Shown here: piece by piece, positions 49,931-63,217 of the stretch | Numbering within the stretch: the first letter of the stretch is position 1 | How the letters are laid out: every line of letters begins with the position of its first letter | Assembly: GCA_030770535.1 (NCBI GenBank) | Contig: JASVEC010000023.1 | Coordinates: forward strand, 62,001 to 126,000 | Length of the DNA stretch: 64,000 nt | DNA from: Batkoa obscura | Lineage: Eukaryota | Reading direction: 5' to 3' | Made by a program: the position numbers and the translations under genes | Notes under the pieces: generated by a model | The model's database searches: none | What the model was told of the DNA's origin: nothing | The model's input: the letters and a program-made list of their open reading frames with translations, nothing else

Positions 49931-52561
49931 TTAATCTAATTCAGTATCTTTCATAAATCCTACTTTCTTCAAAAGATTATTTTGAACCCAAATATTAATA
50001 GGTTCTAAATTAAAATCCGTATATTTTGATGTATCTTGAATCACTCCCATAACTCTAGATACAATACTCTCTGGATCTAAGGCAACATCGTTATCTTCAA
50101 TTACTAGTTTACTACTGGCTTTGATCTCTTCTTTAGTTTCAATTGGTTCTTCCATTTCGTTATTATTTTTAACTTCACATTGGCAATTGTTATCTTTAGT
50201 ACTACCGATACTAAATGGAAGTGCCAAAGTGAACTGATCTTTTTTAATATAAATTCCAAGGAAGACTATCAAAATACTAAATAAAAAGCCAAACAAATAA
50301 AGGTAGTTAGTTTTTTTCTCCTTTTTTTTTGGTATGTCACAGCCTTCTGGTCCACAGCCTTGAATCACTCTTGCTTTCTTAGCTTCATTTTCTAGCTTGA
50401 TCCATTCTTGTACTTTATCATAATCTTTTTTGTAATCTTCTTTACTTTTAATCTTTTCCCAGTTACTCTCATAACGATTGATACATGAGCTAAAAAACAG
50501 CATTAAATAAGATAAGTTTTGCTATAATAATGATTACTTTTCGCCAAGCGCAACTTTTGATTCCTTTTGTAATTTCTCAGGTGGAAATCGCTTATAAAAA
50601 CTTAAAGCTTTTTCAATAAGTTCTTCATCCTCTAGCTCACTTGGAAATGTTTTTAAATAATTATAAACTAATTCTCGATTTTTTTCTAATTTTAAAATCT
50701 TTCCTTTTCTTTTTATTGTTGCCTAATAAAGTATATATTAATCAAAATAATAACTACACAATTGAAATAAACTTACAGCTGCCATAATATAAATAGGTAA
50801 AATAGGGTTAGACGCCAAAAATAGGTCAATATACCTTGAACATCTAGTCAGGGATTCTGAACCAAGAGTAAACCAAGTAAGAACCCAAGAAAGTCCATAG
50901 TATGATTGGGCTTTAGTTTGTAATAAAAATTCATAAAGTTCCGGTTCTTCAACTTTAATTAAATATGAGCTTAGTGCCATCTGTCGCATCATTGGTCCTA
51001 GAGTACCCTGCATACTATCTCTTAAGTAATTCAGACTTAAATTTTGGATGCAATTCGCTACTTTACGTTTTCCCAAAACTAATAATAACACGGAGGCGAT
51101 TTCATGGAACCCCTAAAAATATTAAATATTCTATGATTATATGACTTCTATTATTAATACTTGATAATAATTCAATTCTGGCTCTCTTTGAAAGATAGCT
51201 TTTAATAATTCAATTAATTCAACTCGCTTTCTTTTTCTTTTTACATCATCAATATTCCTTGGTATGTTTTTAAAAGCTCTTTGTCCATCCCTTTTCATTT
51301 GTTCATCATCTGGATGAGTTTTAACTAAAGTGAAACAAATGAATCAATCATTCTATAAAATAAAACATCTTTTTGTTCTGCTTTACCTTTTGATCTTTTG
51401 CTATGATTTTTATCTCCATGTAAAAGAATATACCTAATAACTCTAATTAAAACACATAAAAACTAAATTATAACCTATTTACCAAGCATCTGACCTTAAA
51501 GAGCTAGAAATCAATCCGTATTTTGATTTTGCCAACTCTTTTAGTTTTTCTCTATCTTTTTCTAGAATAGCTTTTTCAATCTTTTTGACTTTTTCTTTCT
51601 TTTCATTATCATCTTTTTCACTAACTTCCTTTACATCATCATTATGTTCCTTTAATTTAGCTACTTTGATCTTTTCTTCGATTATTAGTTTTTCGTTAAT
51701 ATCTTCTTCCTCTTCTTCTCTTTCAGTTTCATGTTCAATCTCCTCGTCTTCTTTCTCAGTTTCAGATTCTTTTTCAGTTTCTACTTCTTTCTCCTCCTCG
51801 CTAATTATTTCTTCTTTCTTTTCTGCTTTTGCTCCAATATCTTTCTGCTTCTCTTCTTTCTTTTCAACCTTCTTTTTGCTCTCCTTTTCTTTCTCTTCCT
51901 TATTTACTTCTTTCACTTCATTTTCGACAGGCATTGATATCGCAGATACACTTCGATCAATCATTTCACCTTTTTTCTTATTTTCCTCAGACACCCCTTT
52001 TAATTTAGCCACTACAATAACCGGAGATTCATTGTCTTCAGACTCAACTGTACTTTCTTTAGAATTTTCCGAGGAAGGTTTATCATTCTCTATCAAGCCA
52101 GCCTTTCCATCTGATAAATAAGCTAATGAAGAAGATAAATAAGAGGGTAAACTTGATTCATCTAAAATAGGCCATAGCATAGTAGGCGCTTCTTCCAACT
52201 CCAATGCTTGTTGTGGAGTAATTGAGCTTGGATATTCTAACGACTCTTTACGTAAAAAGTCGTTGATCACATCCCAATTACTCGGTTCATTGCTCGGCTT
52301 TTCTTCTTTATAACTAAATATATCTAAAAATGATTTACGTTTTGGACTCTGCTCACTTTCTTTTGATGGAGCTTCTACAGTTTTTAAAATACTTGGAGCT
52401 TCTGTACGTGACACACGCATCTTTTCACTAGCGCTATTTTTTAAGCATTGCTTGCAACATTCCTGTATCTTTTCACCTTTCTTTTTCTTGATGTCGCAGC
52501 TTTTGCAGTATTCTATGGGTGCTTTGTTTTTTAGAAATGGATTCCAGGAGTTTAAAGTCAT
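49931..52561 (-). CDS. TBC-domain Rab GAP, Gyp8/TBC1D20 type, with C-terminal TM segment, multi-exon
   Basis: GLISSSLRSDAW, DEQMKRDGQRAF, LNYYQGFHEIA, YLRDSM, YYGLSWVLTWF; TM LYLFGFLFSILIVFLGIYI. Confidence 0.88.
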
Positions 52562-53567
52562 TTTTAAAGCTAATGATTATAAAAATAAACTGTCCTCTTT
52601 AAGCTTTTTAAATTTTATTAAAATTTTGATATTGCCTTTTAATACCCCCCATTTAAACCATGTTTATAAAGTAAATTTTTAAGCTGATCTTTTACTATTT
52701 TAATACCTTCTCCTTTAAAATAAAGGAGATTTAGATTGAACTTTAAATTTGACTTAAATAAACCAGAATTTATTTCATGAACTTGTTTTTATTGGCTGTT
52801 TTTTATTGCTAGTGAATTGGATCTCCTGTGGCTTAGATGGGGAAAGTTTTATGCTGTAATAAACAAATTCATTCCATTACAAAATTAAAATTAGTTAGAA
52901 CTCAATCTCATAATATTTAATAATTTGTTAAATGTCAAATAAGTTTAACAAGTTTGTTATTTAATACTAAGACCTAAGACTTTTATTAGTTTAAAAGTGT
53001 GAGTGTTTATACATATTGTTATTATTTCAAATGTTTTGTTTTAAATCAATTAAAAAAATGAATTTTCATGGTATTTGAATTAAGATAAACTATACAACTT
53101 TATACTAATATAAAGTTTCATTGTATAAAACATCATTTTTTAATTAAGCAATAAAATTATGATACAGAAAATCATATCAAAATCAACAACATTTGTTCTT
53201 GTTACTGAATGTGGAATATAAATGAACACATTAATTGTAATTGATCCCAAATATCTTTTGAACTTTAAACTTTAATTTATCAAGATTACATTTTTATTTA
53301 CATCCTTGACTATTTTATTGATGTGAATCCTTTTGGAATTCTTTAAATTGAGTTATATAATCCTTTAAATCCTAATTGTTAACCAGAAATAAAAACAAAC
53401 TAAAATTATATAATATTATATTATAATATTAAATACTGCCTTTATTTAAAAGCCAAAGAACTTAATAAAGGTTTATTTCCACACTAATTTGAGAGCTGAA
53501 AATAAAAGGGCATAAAGTAAAGATAAAATAGTAGCAACAACTTAATGAATATACTTATAAAAAATTA

Positions 53568-56500
53568 TTATAAAGGTTTTGAATTGTTCGATTCTAAACG
53601 TATTTCAGCCAAGCGACTACGAAGATCATTAACATTCTTACGTTGGGGTGGTGATGGTACCTCTGCTTCTTCTTTAGGAAGTTCATCTAACACTCTTGCT
53701 GGTGATGCTTTTTTGTATGGTGGGGATCCAATATCGGAATCTGAGCCTTTTTCTGCTTGAGCTTGAGCATGACTTAACCCGAGACTCTCTTTCTTCATCT
53801 GTTCTTCATAAGCTTTAAGTAACTCATCTACTCGATCAAAAAGAGCAAGCCCCCTCTTTTCAAGTTCATCTTGGTAAACACCATAATAATTAGGATACCG
53901 ATTCAAAAAATTATGCAAGGTTTTAATTAGCCCTGCAGAAGGCTCCTGACCCACAACGAAATTCTGAAGGATTGATTCCAGAAAAGCAGTCAAAGATTCA
54001 TTGATATCTGGATCATATATATCATCTTTACGTCCACGATAGAGCTTGGTTTTACTTGCATCCTCCATCTTTTTAATATCAAATTTATGAAGCATAGTGT
54101 TAATATAATCCGATAAATGATCATCTGGACATCCAACTGGTACTTCGTTAAAATGCTTTCTAATTTCTAGTTTCAGATGAGAGCACAATTCATATAAAAT
54201 AGTTTTGATCGTTTTAAATATAAGGAATGCTTGCTTATCATCTGCACTAACTCTTTTACTGAGCTCTGAAGGTGGGAATTTGGTAAAAAAGTGATTTATA
54301 TACCCCAATAGTCTATCTGGATTCAATTTACCGCTTTGAAGGTTGCAGCTTATATTCCTAGTTAATTTCCATGTACATTTAATTAAAAGCGAAGAATATT
54401 TAACTTCAAAGTCTGAGTGCATCGAAGTCGTATGAGAAAGACATTCTTTTAAGAGACATAACAACGCCTGGAAAGCCACGGTTGGATTAGTGGTGTCTAG
54501 AATTTTGACCATAAGAACATTAAGCTGACGAGAAAGATCATAAGATTCTTGACCGCCATAAGATTTATGTTCTAACAATCGTCGGATAACTTCTTCTATT
54601 ACTAAAGCAAGAGATTCCCCGTGGATGGCATCGCCAAGTAATGGGTAGGAAAATATCTGCATGAAAGTGGTTGTTACGTATTTTAAACATCCTTTTTTGT
54701 GCCTAAATGCCGTATTTCTCTTATTAAAAAGATTGTAATGTAATGCTGAAAGATTCACTGCTAAAGGATCCATAAATGGGACAATTTCATCAATGGGACC
54801 TGCAAGCAGTTTCTCTAACTCGTTCAAGTATTCGATCACCTGATGATAGTCACCAGTTTCTAAAATTCTAAGGATTCGAGTCATTGTTCTTTCTGAGTCA
54901 CGAGCTTCATTTAATTCTAAAGTTATTGCTCTATGATTATTACGAATTAAATTTGAACTGTCAAAAGAACTGGTAGGGCTACTGGGACTGCCAAAGTTAT
55001 CATAAATATCGTTGCCATTGGTCACATCACTAATAACTGATATTTGCTGTGGTCCTTTAGCTTGATTGGTTGGAAAATTATCCTCTGAAGGGCCTTGAGA
55101 AATACTGTCACTACCTTTTTGGAATGAAAAAACATGTGCATTTGGGTCAGTAGGCTTTGTATTTTTCGATTCATTATTTGCAACAGCTAATGTTTTTGTA
55201 CGCTTAAATCTTTCTTCAAGATAACTCTTCTCCTTACTCCCAATCTGACCAATATACCCATAAACTTGATCTCCAACTAGTATATAAACTTGAGTTAACA
55301 CGTTTATCGCTCCATTACGTACAGCTGCATCGCGATCTCCAACGTGAATAGCAATATTTGGGCAAACTCTAGAGGGGTTACCACAAACGGAAAGTCCATC
55401 ACGCTGGATAATATTTGCTAACTCTTCTAACGTTTCAGCTTTGCCCCTAGAATTCTTTGTGTTTAACCCATACGTCATGAGGAGTGGGAATATTTTGGCA
55501 GATGAATAGATGGAGCAAACATCTTTAAGTAGATCTTTTACTTTTTTCCTTAATGTTTCATTAGTATGCCCTAGCTTTTGAGACAATGCTGGTACAATTA
55601 TAGCTGCTTCAATAGGGTTGAGTCGTTCTCCGTTTTCTATAAACATTTTAAATATATGCCCTGTTAGATCAAGGGAGTTTTTGATAATAACAGTGGTTTG
55701 TTCACTAAGTCGTATAGCTAATATTTTGAAGAGTATATCCGAGATGTTTGTTAATCGAATTGTCATTTCATAATAATCTAACTTGAACTCTTTTAAACAT
55801 AAATCTGGGCTATCAAAGATCTTATTCAACTGGACGAGAGCTGTAGCATGGTCCTTTTCCTTATTGTTTCCGGTACTAAATAAGAGGTTATGAAATTCAA
55901 CTGAAAAACATGAGTGGGTGGTTTCAACTAGTTGATCTGTTAAATCAGCAGGGGGGACCTCAAATACCCAGCGGGTTACTTTATCCTTAGCTAATCTAGA
56001 ATTTTTCTGTTCAGGGCTTGTAGCCGATATTATTGACTTTATTTTTGGAACTTCCTTCTCTTGAACTTGAGGTTTTACTGATGAGGTTTGTCTTCTAACA
56101 ACAGTAGAACTACGTTTGAGGGTAGTTGAGCCTGTATTTTGTGGTGGAGTCGGGGTTGGTGCTTTTGGTTTTGGTTTTTCAGAAGATCTGAATTTTTCGA
56201 TAACTTGTAGGACTTCGGGTTGTAATGACGTCTTGAGTGACATGCATTTCGAATGAATTGAGCTATAACCCAAACTGTTTACGAGTAGCTCAAGGCATTT
56301 TTGTGAATTTTTGCGAACTTCAGCATTCTTATCATGCAAGCATAGCATTAATGGCGTTGCTAAAGAGATTAAATCCGATGCTTTGGAATAATCTGGTAAT
56401 GCATTTGATAACCATTTGGTTAAATCTTTGCGGAGATTTACAGATTCTGGTGCTAATGAAAGCGCGATGGAAGGGATCATGAAACTTAAACCTGATGCCT

Positions 56501-59500
56501 TTGCAGATGCAGTAAGAGCTTTTCCAGCAGAATCACGGATATTTGGTTTTAAGTCATTCAAGCAAGTACAAATGGGCTTTATGAGTGAATGGCCAACCTT
56601 TTCAAAAGGCTTTCCAATTGACTCGGCTAGAATATTACATACTTCTAAAGTGTAATAAACTAAATTTTTGTTTACATCTTCTAAACGAAGATTTAATGCT
56701 GCTGGTAGTTCACCAACGGATGGTAAGATTCTCTTCTGTTTAGCTTCCAAGATTTGTTTAATACTATCTAATCCCTCCTTACGGAGCTTCCAGCTTTTAT
56801 CACTTAATAATCCTAATAGCTCCGAATTAATTAACGGGCTTATATCTACCCTTGGGAACAAACCTTCCATCGTACTTTCTTCATCCTCTTCATCTTCAAC
56901 TTCAGTAGCAGGCATAGGATCTTCGGCCTCAACCTTAGATACTTTTTTGTCGCCAATTTGGAACCTTGTGGGTGATTGTGGTCTGCGACCTTCAACTTTG
57001 GCAAATTCTGCATCAATCACGCTCAATAAAGCAGGGCTTAGATCCTGAGCAAAAGCCTTTACCTGTGGACCTACATATATACGGATTTCAGCTAAAAGGC
57101 TTACAGCGTTTGATCTTACTGTGGCATTAGAAGAAGATAAAAATGTAATAACGAACTCAACAAGAGAACGGGGGGCTAATTTTGATGCTCCAAATGCAAT
57201 TAAAGTCTGCTTTATCCATTGAAGTGCGTCTCCTTGTATTTTAGGTGACTTTACTGCTTTAACCAATGGGTAGCACTGGTCAAAAACAAATTTTAATGAT
57301 GTCCTTTCAGCGTATGCTTCTAAACAATCACCAGCCGCTTTTTTTAACTTTATGTCGCCTAATTTATCTACTAAAATAGGCATAGTTAAAGCAGCACAAC
57401 CAGCAGTAAAATTGGAATGATTAACACATAAAGCTTGGAATATATTAAACATCTTTGTCATCACCTGGAAATTTGCCTCTTTAAATCCAGGTTTCTTTTG
57501 AAGTTGTCTAATTAAAAGTTCTGGTTCAAGCTCTGAGTCTGGAGTTGCGTTTACATAATCCAAAAATGCTTCAGTAGCTTCTAATCTAACTTTCCAAGCG
57601 GAGTTTTGAATGCCTTCCAAGATATTTTTTGATAAGTGCTCTGAAATCAACCCATCAACGTCTTCTGCAGTGAATTTATAAGAAATCGATATCTCTTTAG
57701 CTGGCCCTTTTGCTGGGGCCTTTTTAGCCACATTAGTCGGTTTGGCCGCTGATTTGATTGTTGATTTCCTTTGGACAGGAGCGTTTGAAGGTGTAGCGGG
57801 CTTTGAAGCAGTAGTAGCGACAACCTTCTTAGGTGGTGCGTTTCTAGTTGGCGGCCCTGCTTTGAGATCAGGTCTCTTAACTGGTATTGATTTCTTAGCT
57901 GCTACAGGCTTTGGTGCTGCACTTTTCTTAACCTGAACTTCGGCCTTCTCAAAATAATCCTTTACTTTAGCTGACTTGATGTTATCCAAATCTTCGATAA
58001 AAGGCCCAACGACCTTCTCTCCTACAACCTTCATTATAGTTCCTAAACATTCCGCAGAAGCTTCTCTGACAGCATTATCACCATCTTGATAAGTTTTTAG
58101 AAGTCCAGGAAAAAAATCTTTAATCTGACCCTTTGTTGGGGCAGTCTTTATCGTTTTGAATATACGTGTTATCCATTCAACAACCTGCCTTTTAACTTGT
58201 GGATTTTTATGTGATAGCTGGGGAATAATGTCGTCTTTAACGTCATCAAGTGAGACTGAGTTATAGACTGCATCAAGTGCTCCTTTTAAAGCATCCACAA
58301 AGTTTTGTTTCTTTTCCTTGAGTTTATCAAGTAAAGGAGGCAAAGCAATTGATTTGTACTTTGAAAAGCTTGTTCGTAATCCCTTAGCAATTAATTCAAT
58401 ACAGTTGACCGCTAAGGCCCCAACTACAACATTCGTATCATTAACATGTGCCGCCAATGAGTTAACCAGCTGATCATATGCGTCACTAAATACAAGCTTT
58501 GGTTTGTCAACTAGTTTTTGTAAAATAGTCAATACTTCTTTTCTCTCTTGCCATTTTTTTGAGGACTAAATATTGTTAATACACATTTATTTAATTAATA
58601 TTGTTATTGCTATTACTATTTCAGTATAGAAATTTCCTGGAATTTCAGAAGTTATGTCAACTGGTTCTACAACGTCATATGCATCAATCATAACAGGCTC
58701 TTCATCGATAGAATCAGCGTTATCATCTATAAATTATAGTAAAATAATAGATAAATAAAGTAATCTACCTTGCTCCTCAGGCTCTTCAATACGCTCTTCT
58801 GCAGCTTTTGCTTGTTGAGAGCGTAGAAATCTAGCTGCGGTGGGCTTGGCAGTACCAATAGCTTCAAATTGGGCAGTCAAATCTTTAATCTTTATGATGT
58901 TTTTTTGTTATAATTGGAAGATATTAAAAAATCTTGAAATTACCTGTACTGGTTTAAGATCTGTTAAATAGCTATCGATGGCTTTGTTAATCCAACGATA
59001 AATTACTATGGCCAACTCTGAAGCCTATGATATTAAAAAAGTTGGAATTAAGAGATTAAAGGAAAGTACCTCTGCGCGAACATTTTTGTCACTGTGTCCA
59101 AACATCACTACTAAATTTTTTAGTATTTCTTTGATATTTACTGCACGTGCACCAAATTGGGAAACAATTTCTTTGAACACTTGCACACAGGCAGCAACTA
59201 ATTTTGGTTGCTTATTTTTAAGAAATGGAATCATCAAAGTCTAAATAAAATATTATTTAAGCTATCAAAAAATGTAAAATTAAATTGTACAATTATAGGT
59301 GGGGTAAACTCGAGCTCAACAAGCATAAGAAGGATGTTTAGGGATTGCGCTTTTGAGCCTGCTTTGTTAGAAACTAAGCCTTTTTGAACTAAAATTCCAA
59401 CAAGATCTTCTAAATTACTTCAAGAATTAATTTAAACAATTATAAATTATAAAACTAATACTCATATCGTCCAGGATAATTTTCAAAATACTTAAAAACA

Positions 59501-59769
59501 CAAACAAGACCAGATTCTTGTGCAGCCATATTTGAGTCCTTAGCCATATTTATAAGATCTGAAGTATATTTAGTAAACCCATGTGCTTCAGCTTCAGCAT
59601 CCAATTTAGTAAATTCCTTTGCAAGTTCCTCATAGCCTTCCTTTCTTGCTTTCCAATTCTAAATAATACAGTCAAATTTATTGAAATAGTCGATATTAAA
59701 TCATACTTTATGCTTAATTTTGTCGTCTATTGAAAGACTTCTAAAATCTTCATCGACTCCATTACTCAT
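53568..59769 (-). CDS. XMAP215/ch-TOG (Stu2/Alp14 family) microtubule polymerase, ~1900 aa
   Basis: HKNWKARKEGY, SKKWQER, NSAWKVRLEA and DKSWKLRKEGL TOG starts; HEAT repeats; short 5' exons plus one ~5 kb exon. Confidence 0.95.
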
Positions 59770-60442
59770 GTTGATTAAATTAATGAGAAAATTTTCAAAA
59801 ACTACAAGCACTGGAATTCTTTGTCATAGTTATACAATAAAAACTGTGCAAAAATTGGCTAATAAACCAACCTCTCCTAATTTTGGCTTAATTGGGCATA
59901 AGTTTATTTTTAGTTTACTCATCAAAGATCTTTTTTAACCAATAAAAAATGATTACTACTCTATATGGTAAATAGTCAAAAAGGTAGTAACGGTTTTTAT
60001 TTTAAGAAAGCAACAAACATTTTAATAAAGGGATTATTATAGCAGAAATGTGCTGTATTATTATATTAACTTCAAGGCTATGAAATGATGAAAATAAAAC
60101 ACGCTACACTAATTTTTTATTTTTAATGGTATATCATTTTTAGCTCAGTCTGGAACTAAAATTCCGACTAAGTTTATATTTTTTCAACTTTAAATTTCTA
60201 TATATTTTAATATGTATAGATTGGTTTAAAAGCTCAGTTCAAATTCTAAGTAAATTATTTCAATTTAAAATTAGCTGCTAATTTCTACTATTGTCTAACT
60301 TTATTAAGAGGTTAAAGGTTTCAACTCCCAGACGATTGTTATTTAAAATATAATATAATTTTGAATCCTTTTTTCGTTTTTATATAATATTAGTATTACT
60401 ATAATTTTTATGTCTTACCACTATAATAAACATGTAGCATAT

Positions 60443-63089
60443 GGGGTTGTCTGAATTAGTTTCATTATTTTATCCAATTTTTGAAAAACTTTGTATTTTA
60501 AAAACTTCGCTTAAAATTCTATAAAATCACATCTTTTATTAAAACAAAAGTACCCAAACACAGTTCTAAATCATTCTATTATAGCTCATACTGTAAGTTA
60601 GTTGAATTTCTACTAGATCTTAAATACATGTTCTTATAAAGCTTAATTGAGAAATATTTACTATCAACTGCTTTATAACCAACATTGTAGATTTATTATC
60701 AAATAAATAAACTATTTTAATGTTATAATTACATTATTAATATATTGCCAAGTTAATAAATAGCTGCATGGGAGGGAGTGGTTAGCCCCAAAACTATAAT
60801 TAACCATCCCTATATAGTACAAGTAATAATAGTTTTTACATATTATTACAGTTACTTGTTCTTTGACTATTTATTAACTTAGCTATTAATGACTTAAGTA
60901 ATCTTAACATTTAACAATCTATTTCTATCATTCAACAAACTACTTACTTGCTTAGTAAATATCGAAATTTTGAAATTCTCTGTTATCTTCGTAAGGTAAG
61001 CTGGGATCGATCTTTTAATTTTTCTGTTTTCTATAGACTCTATAACTTTAATTGGGACTATATCGCTTTTTTTTGATGTATCAGATACTAGATAACAATG
61101 TAGTTTATTGTTATGTTTAATAAAGTGTAAATACTTCTTAATGCCTTGCATCTCTATTATTCTTTTTGTATTTTTGTTTCTTTTATACTTTTTAAAAATT
61201 ATATCTGTTTTCCCATTATTAACAGTCGAGTTATTAATTTTATTATGCTCGCAAATAAAAGCCTCAAATCTTGAAATTAATTGATCGATATCTTCTATTT
61301 TACCTAACGCTTCAAAACTACTTTTCCATTTTGAAAGGTTTCCAAAATGACCATCAACTATACTTTTTCCATGATGCTCAGCAAAAAAATTAAGATTAAC
61401 ATTCAAACTACTATTTATTTTATGAATTTCTTTAAACATATAGTGTAGAAACTCTTGGGATCTAAAATGATTTCCTGTATCTGCCCATATATTAATTTTT
61501 GTAAACTTTTTAAATAGAAGCTCTGTAGAGATTAAATCGATTAAACAATCTCCTGCATATGCTGAATCATGATTCAATATTTCAGATAAATAATCAAAGT
61601 AAACTTTGCCTATTGTTTTATCATCTTTTAAATATAATACACCAAAACCTAATACTGATATAGCTTGTTTATTATAATGATCTAGATTTATTGAATCTGG
61701 TCTTGTCCCTATTTCCATATTTTGTTTAAAATCTAAAACTATTATACAACTTCTGTTATTTAATTTTTTAATAGTTTCATTAAATGTATTTTTTTGAGTA
61801 TCAACACAGAATCTATGTAATTTGTATAATTTTTCTTCTTCGTTGAAAATTTCTTGTATCTCTGGTTTGTTTTTTGCTGTATTTATTTTATTTTCAAATA
61901 ACTTTTTTCTAACTGTATGCTGGGTACATATATTACATAGATCCGTTTTTCTTGCTGGATTTTTGAAATTAGTTGGTATATATTTAAAGAACGTTGACCT
62001 AGCTACTGCTTTATCTCTTAGATCATTCAAATATTTACTATATATCATTCTTCTACTTTTATTTAATATATATATATTATCTGATGAGTATTTACTATCG
62101 TTATTTTTTTTATTAAATCTTGATGAAATAGTTGAATCATTTAGTAAATATTGTATGATAGTTTCAATTTGCTCATTAATTTTTTTTGTATTTTTAATAA
62201 TAGGTTGTAATGTTGATATTTTATTATTATTACTTGTTTCTGAATAATCATATTGATTTCTATTTATATTAAACCCAAAACTCTTACATTCATCAAAAGA
62301 ATATACTGAAGCTATAGTTGATAATAACGCTACTTGCTGACTTTTGTTTCCTGTTTCCCTTAAAGCACTAATTTTATACATTACTTGATTAAGTTTATTG
62401 TTATCGATAGTAAACTTTGATAATATATCTTTTCTTTGTTTTGTTTTATTATAAAATTCCATAAACCTTGGGTTGTTATAAGTAGCTCTTAAAATTGATG
62501 TAAATGAATTACAATGTTTATATTGTGTACTCCTCCCTATTGTATTGAAGTTTTCAAAAATTCCATTTCGAAGTTTAGTTATGAAAGTTTGCATTTTATT
62601 TTTATTTCAACAAAAAATAAAGTCAAATAAAGTCAAATAACTGTGTTTATATAATTATGTATTTATATAATTATATAATCATATAGTTATATATTATATA
62701 TTTGTTAAATATCTAACAGAATTAACATAAAATATATAGTTAGGAAAATTAGCTATTTAAGAAAAGGAAACAATTAAAATAAGTTTTAAATAGAGACATT
62801 TAATTTTAGGCTTTCTAGATTTAACCGTTATATTGGACACAAACTTGAAATTTTAAATTTGGATTAATTTCTAAGTAGATTCTGAAACCAATTAGGACAG
62901 CCCCATGTATTTAAGATCTAGTAGAAATTCAACTAACTTACAGTATGAGCTATAATAGAATGATTTAGAACTGTGTTTGGGTACTTTTGTTTTAATAAAA
63001 GATGTGATTTTAGAATTTTAAGCGAAGTTTTTAAAATATAAAATTTTTCAAAAATTGGATAAAATAATGAAACTAATTCAGACAACCCC
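60443..63089 (-). mobile_element. Autonomous Sola2-like DNA transposon (composite, 2647 bp)
   Basis: GGGGTTGTC...GACAACCCC ends, ATAT/ATAT TSD (60439-60442, 63090-63093), ~187 bp inverted repeats 60443-60630 and 62904-63089, intact transposase ORF. Confidence 0.93.
60894..62594 (-). CDS. DDD transposase, Sola2-like (566 aa, intronless)
   Basis: DLCNIC...H; IIVLDFKQN (D1); LNHDS; IWADTGNHFRS (D2); FFAEHHGKSIVDGHFG (D3). Confidence 0.85.
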   Translation of the reverse strand: MQTFITKLRNGIFENFNTIGRSTQYKHCNSFTSILRATYNNPRFMEFYNKTKQRKDILSKFTIDNNKLNQVMYKISALRETGNKSQQVALLSTIASVYSFDECKSFGFNINRNQYDYSETSNNNKISTLQPIIKNTKKINEQIETIIQYLLNDSTISSRFNKKNNDSKYSSDNIYILNKSRRMIYSKYLNDLRDKAVARSTFFKYIPTNFKNPARKTDLCNICTQHTVRKKLFENKINTAKNKPEIQEIFNEEEKLYKLHRFCVDTQKNTFNETIKKLNNRSCIIVLDFKQNMEIGTRPDSINLDHYNKQAISVLGFGVLYLKDDKTIGKVYFDYLSEILNHDSAYAGDCLIDLISTELLFKKFTKINIWADTGNHFRSQEFLHYMFKEIHKINSSLNVNLNFFAEHHGKSIVDGHFGNLSKWKSSFEALGKIEDIDQLISRFEAFICEHNKINNSTVNNGKTDIIFKKYKRNKNTKRIIEMQGIKKYLHFIKHNNKLHCYLVSDTSKKSDIVPIKVIESIENRKIKRSIPAYLTKITENFKISIFTKQVSSLLNDRNRLLNVKIT

Positions 63090-63217
63090 ATATATTTATA
63101 ATATTTTATAGAGATCAAAACATCAAAAATATGTATTTCATTTATGAAATTTTATTAAATGAAAATAGTTGATTTACCCACTTATAAACCAAATTAAAGG
63201 AACCACTATTATAGCCC

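Noticed and set aside
60421..60436. Left-flank tataataaacatgta resembles the internal target site tataagaacatgta, which would imply insertion into an older copy
   Set aside because: Short AT-rich match that does not extend, and ATAT rather than ATGT abuts the terminus
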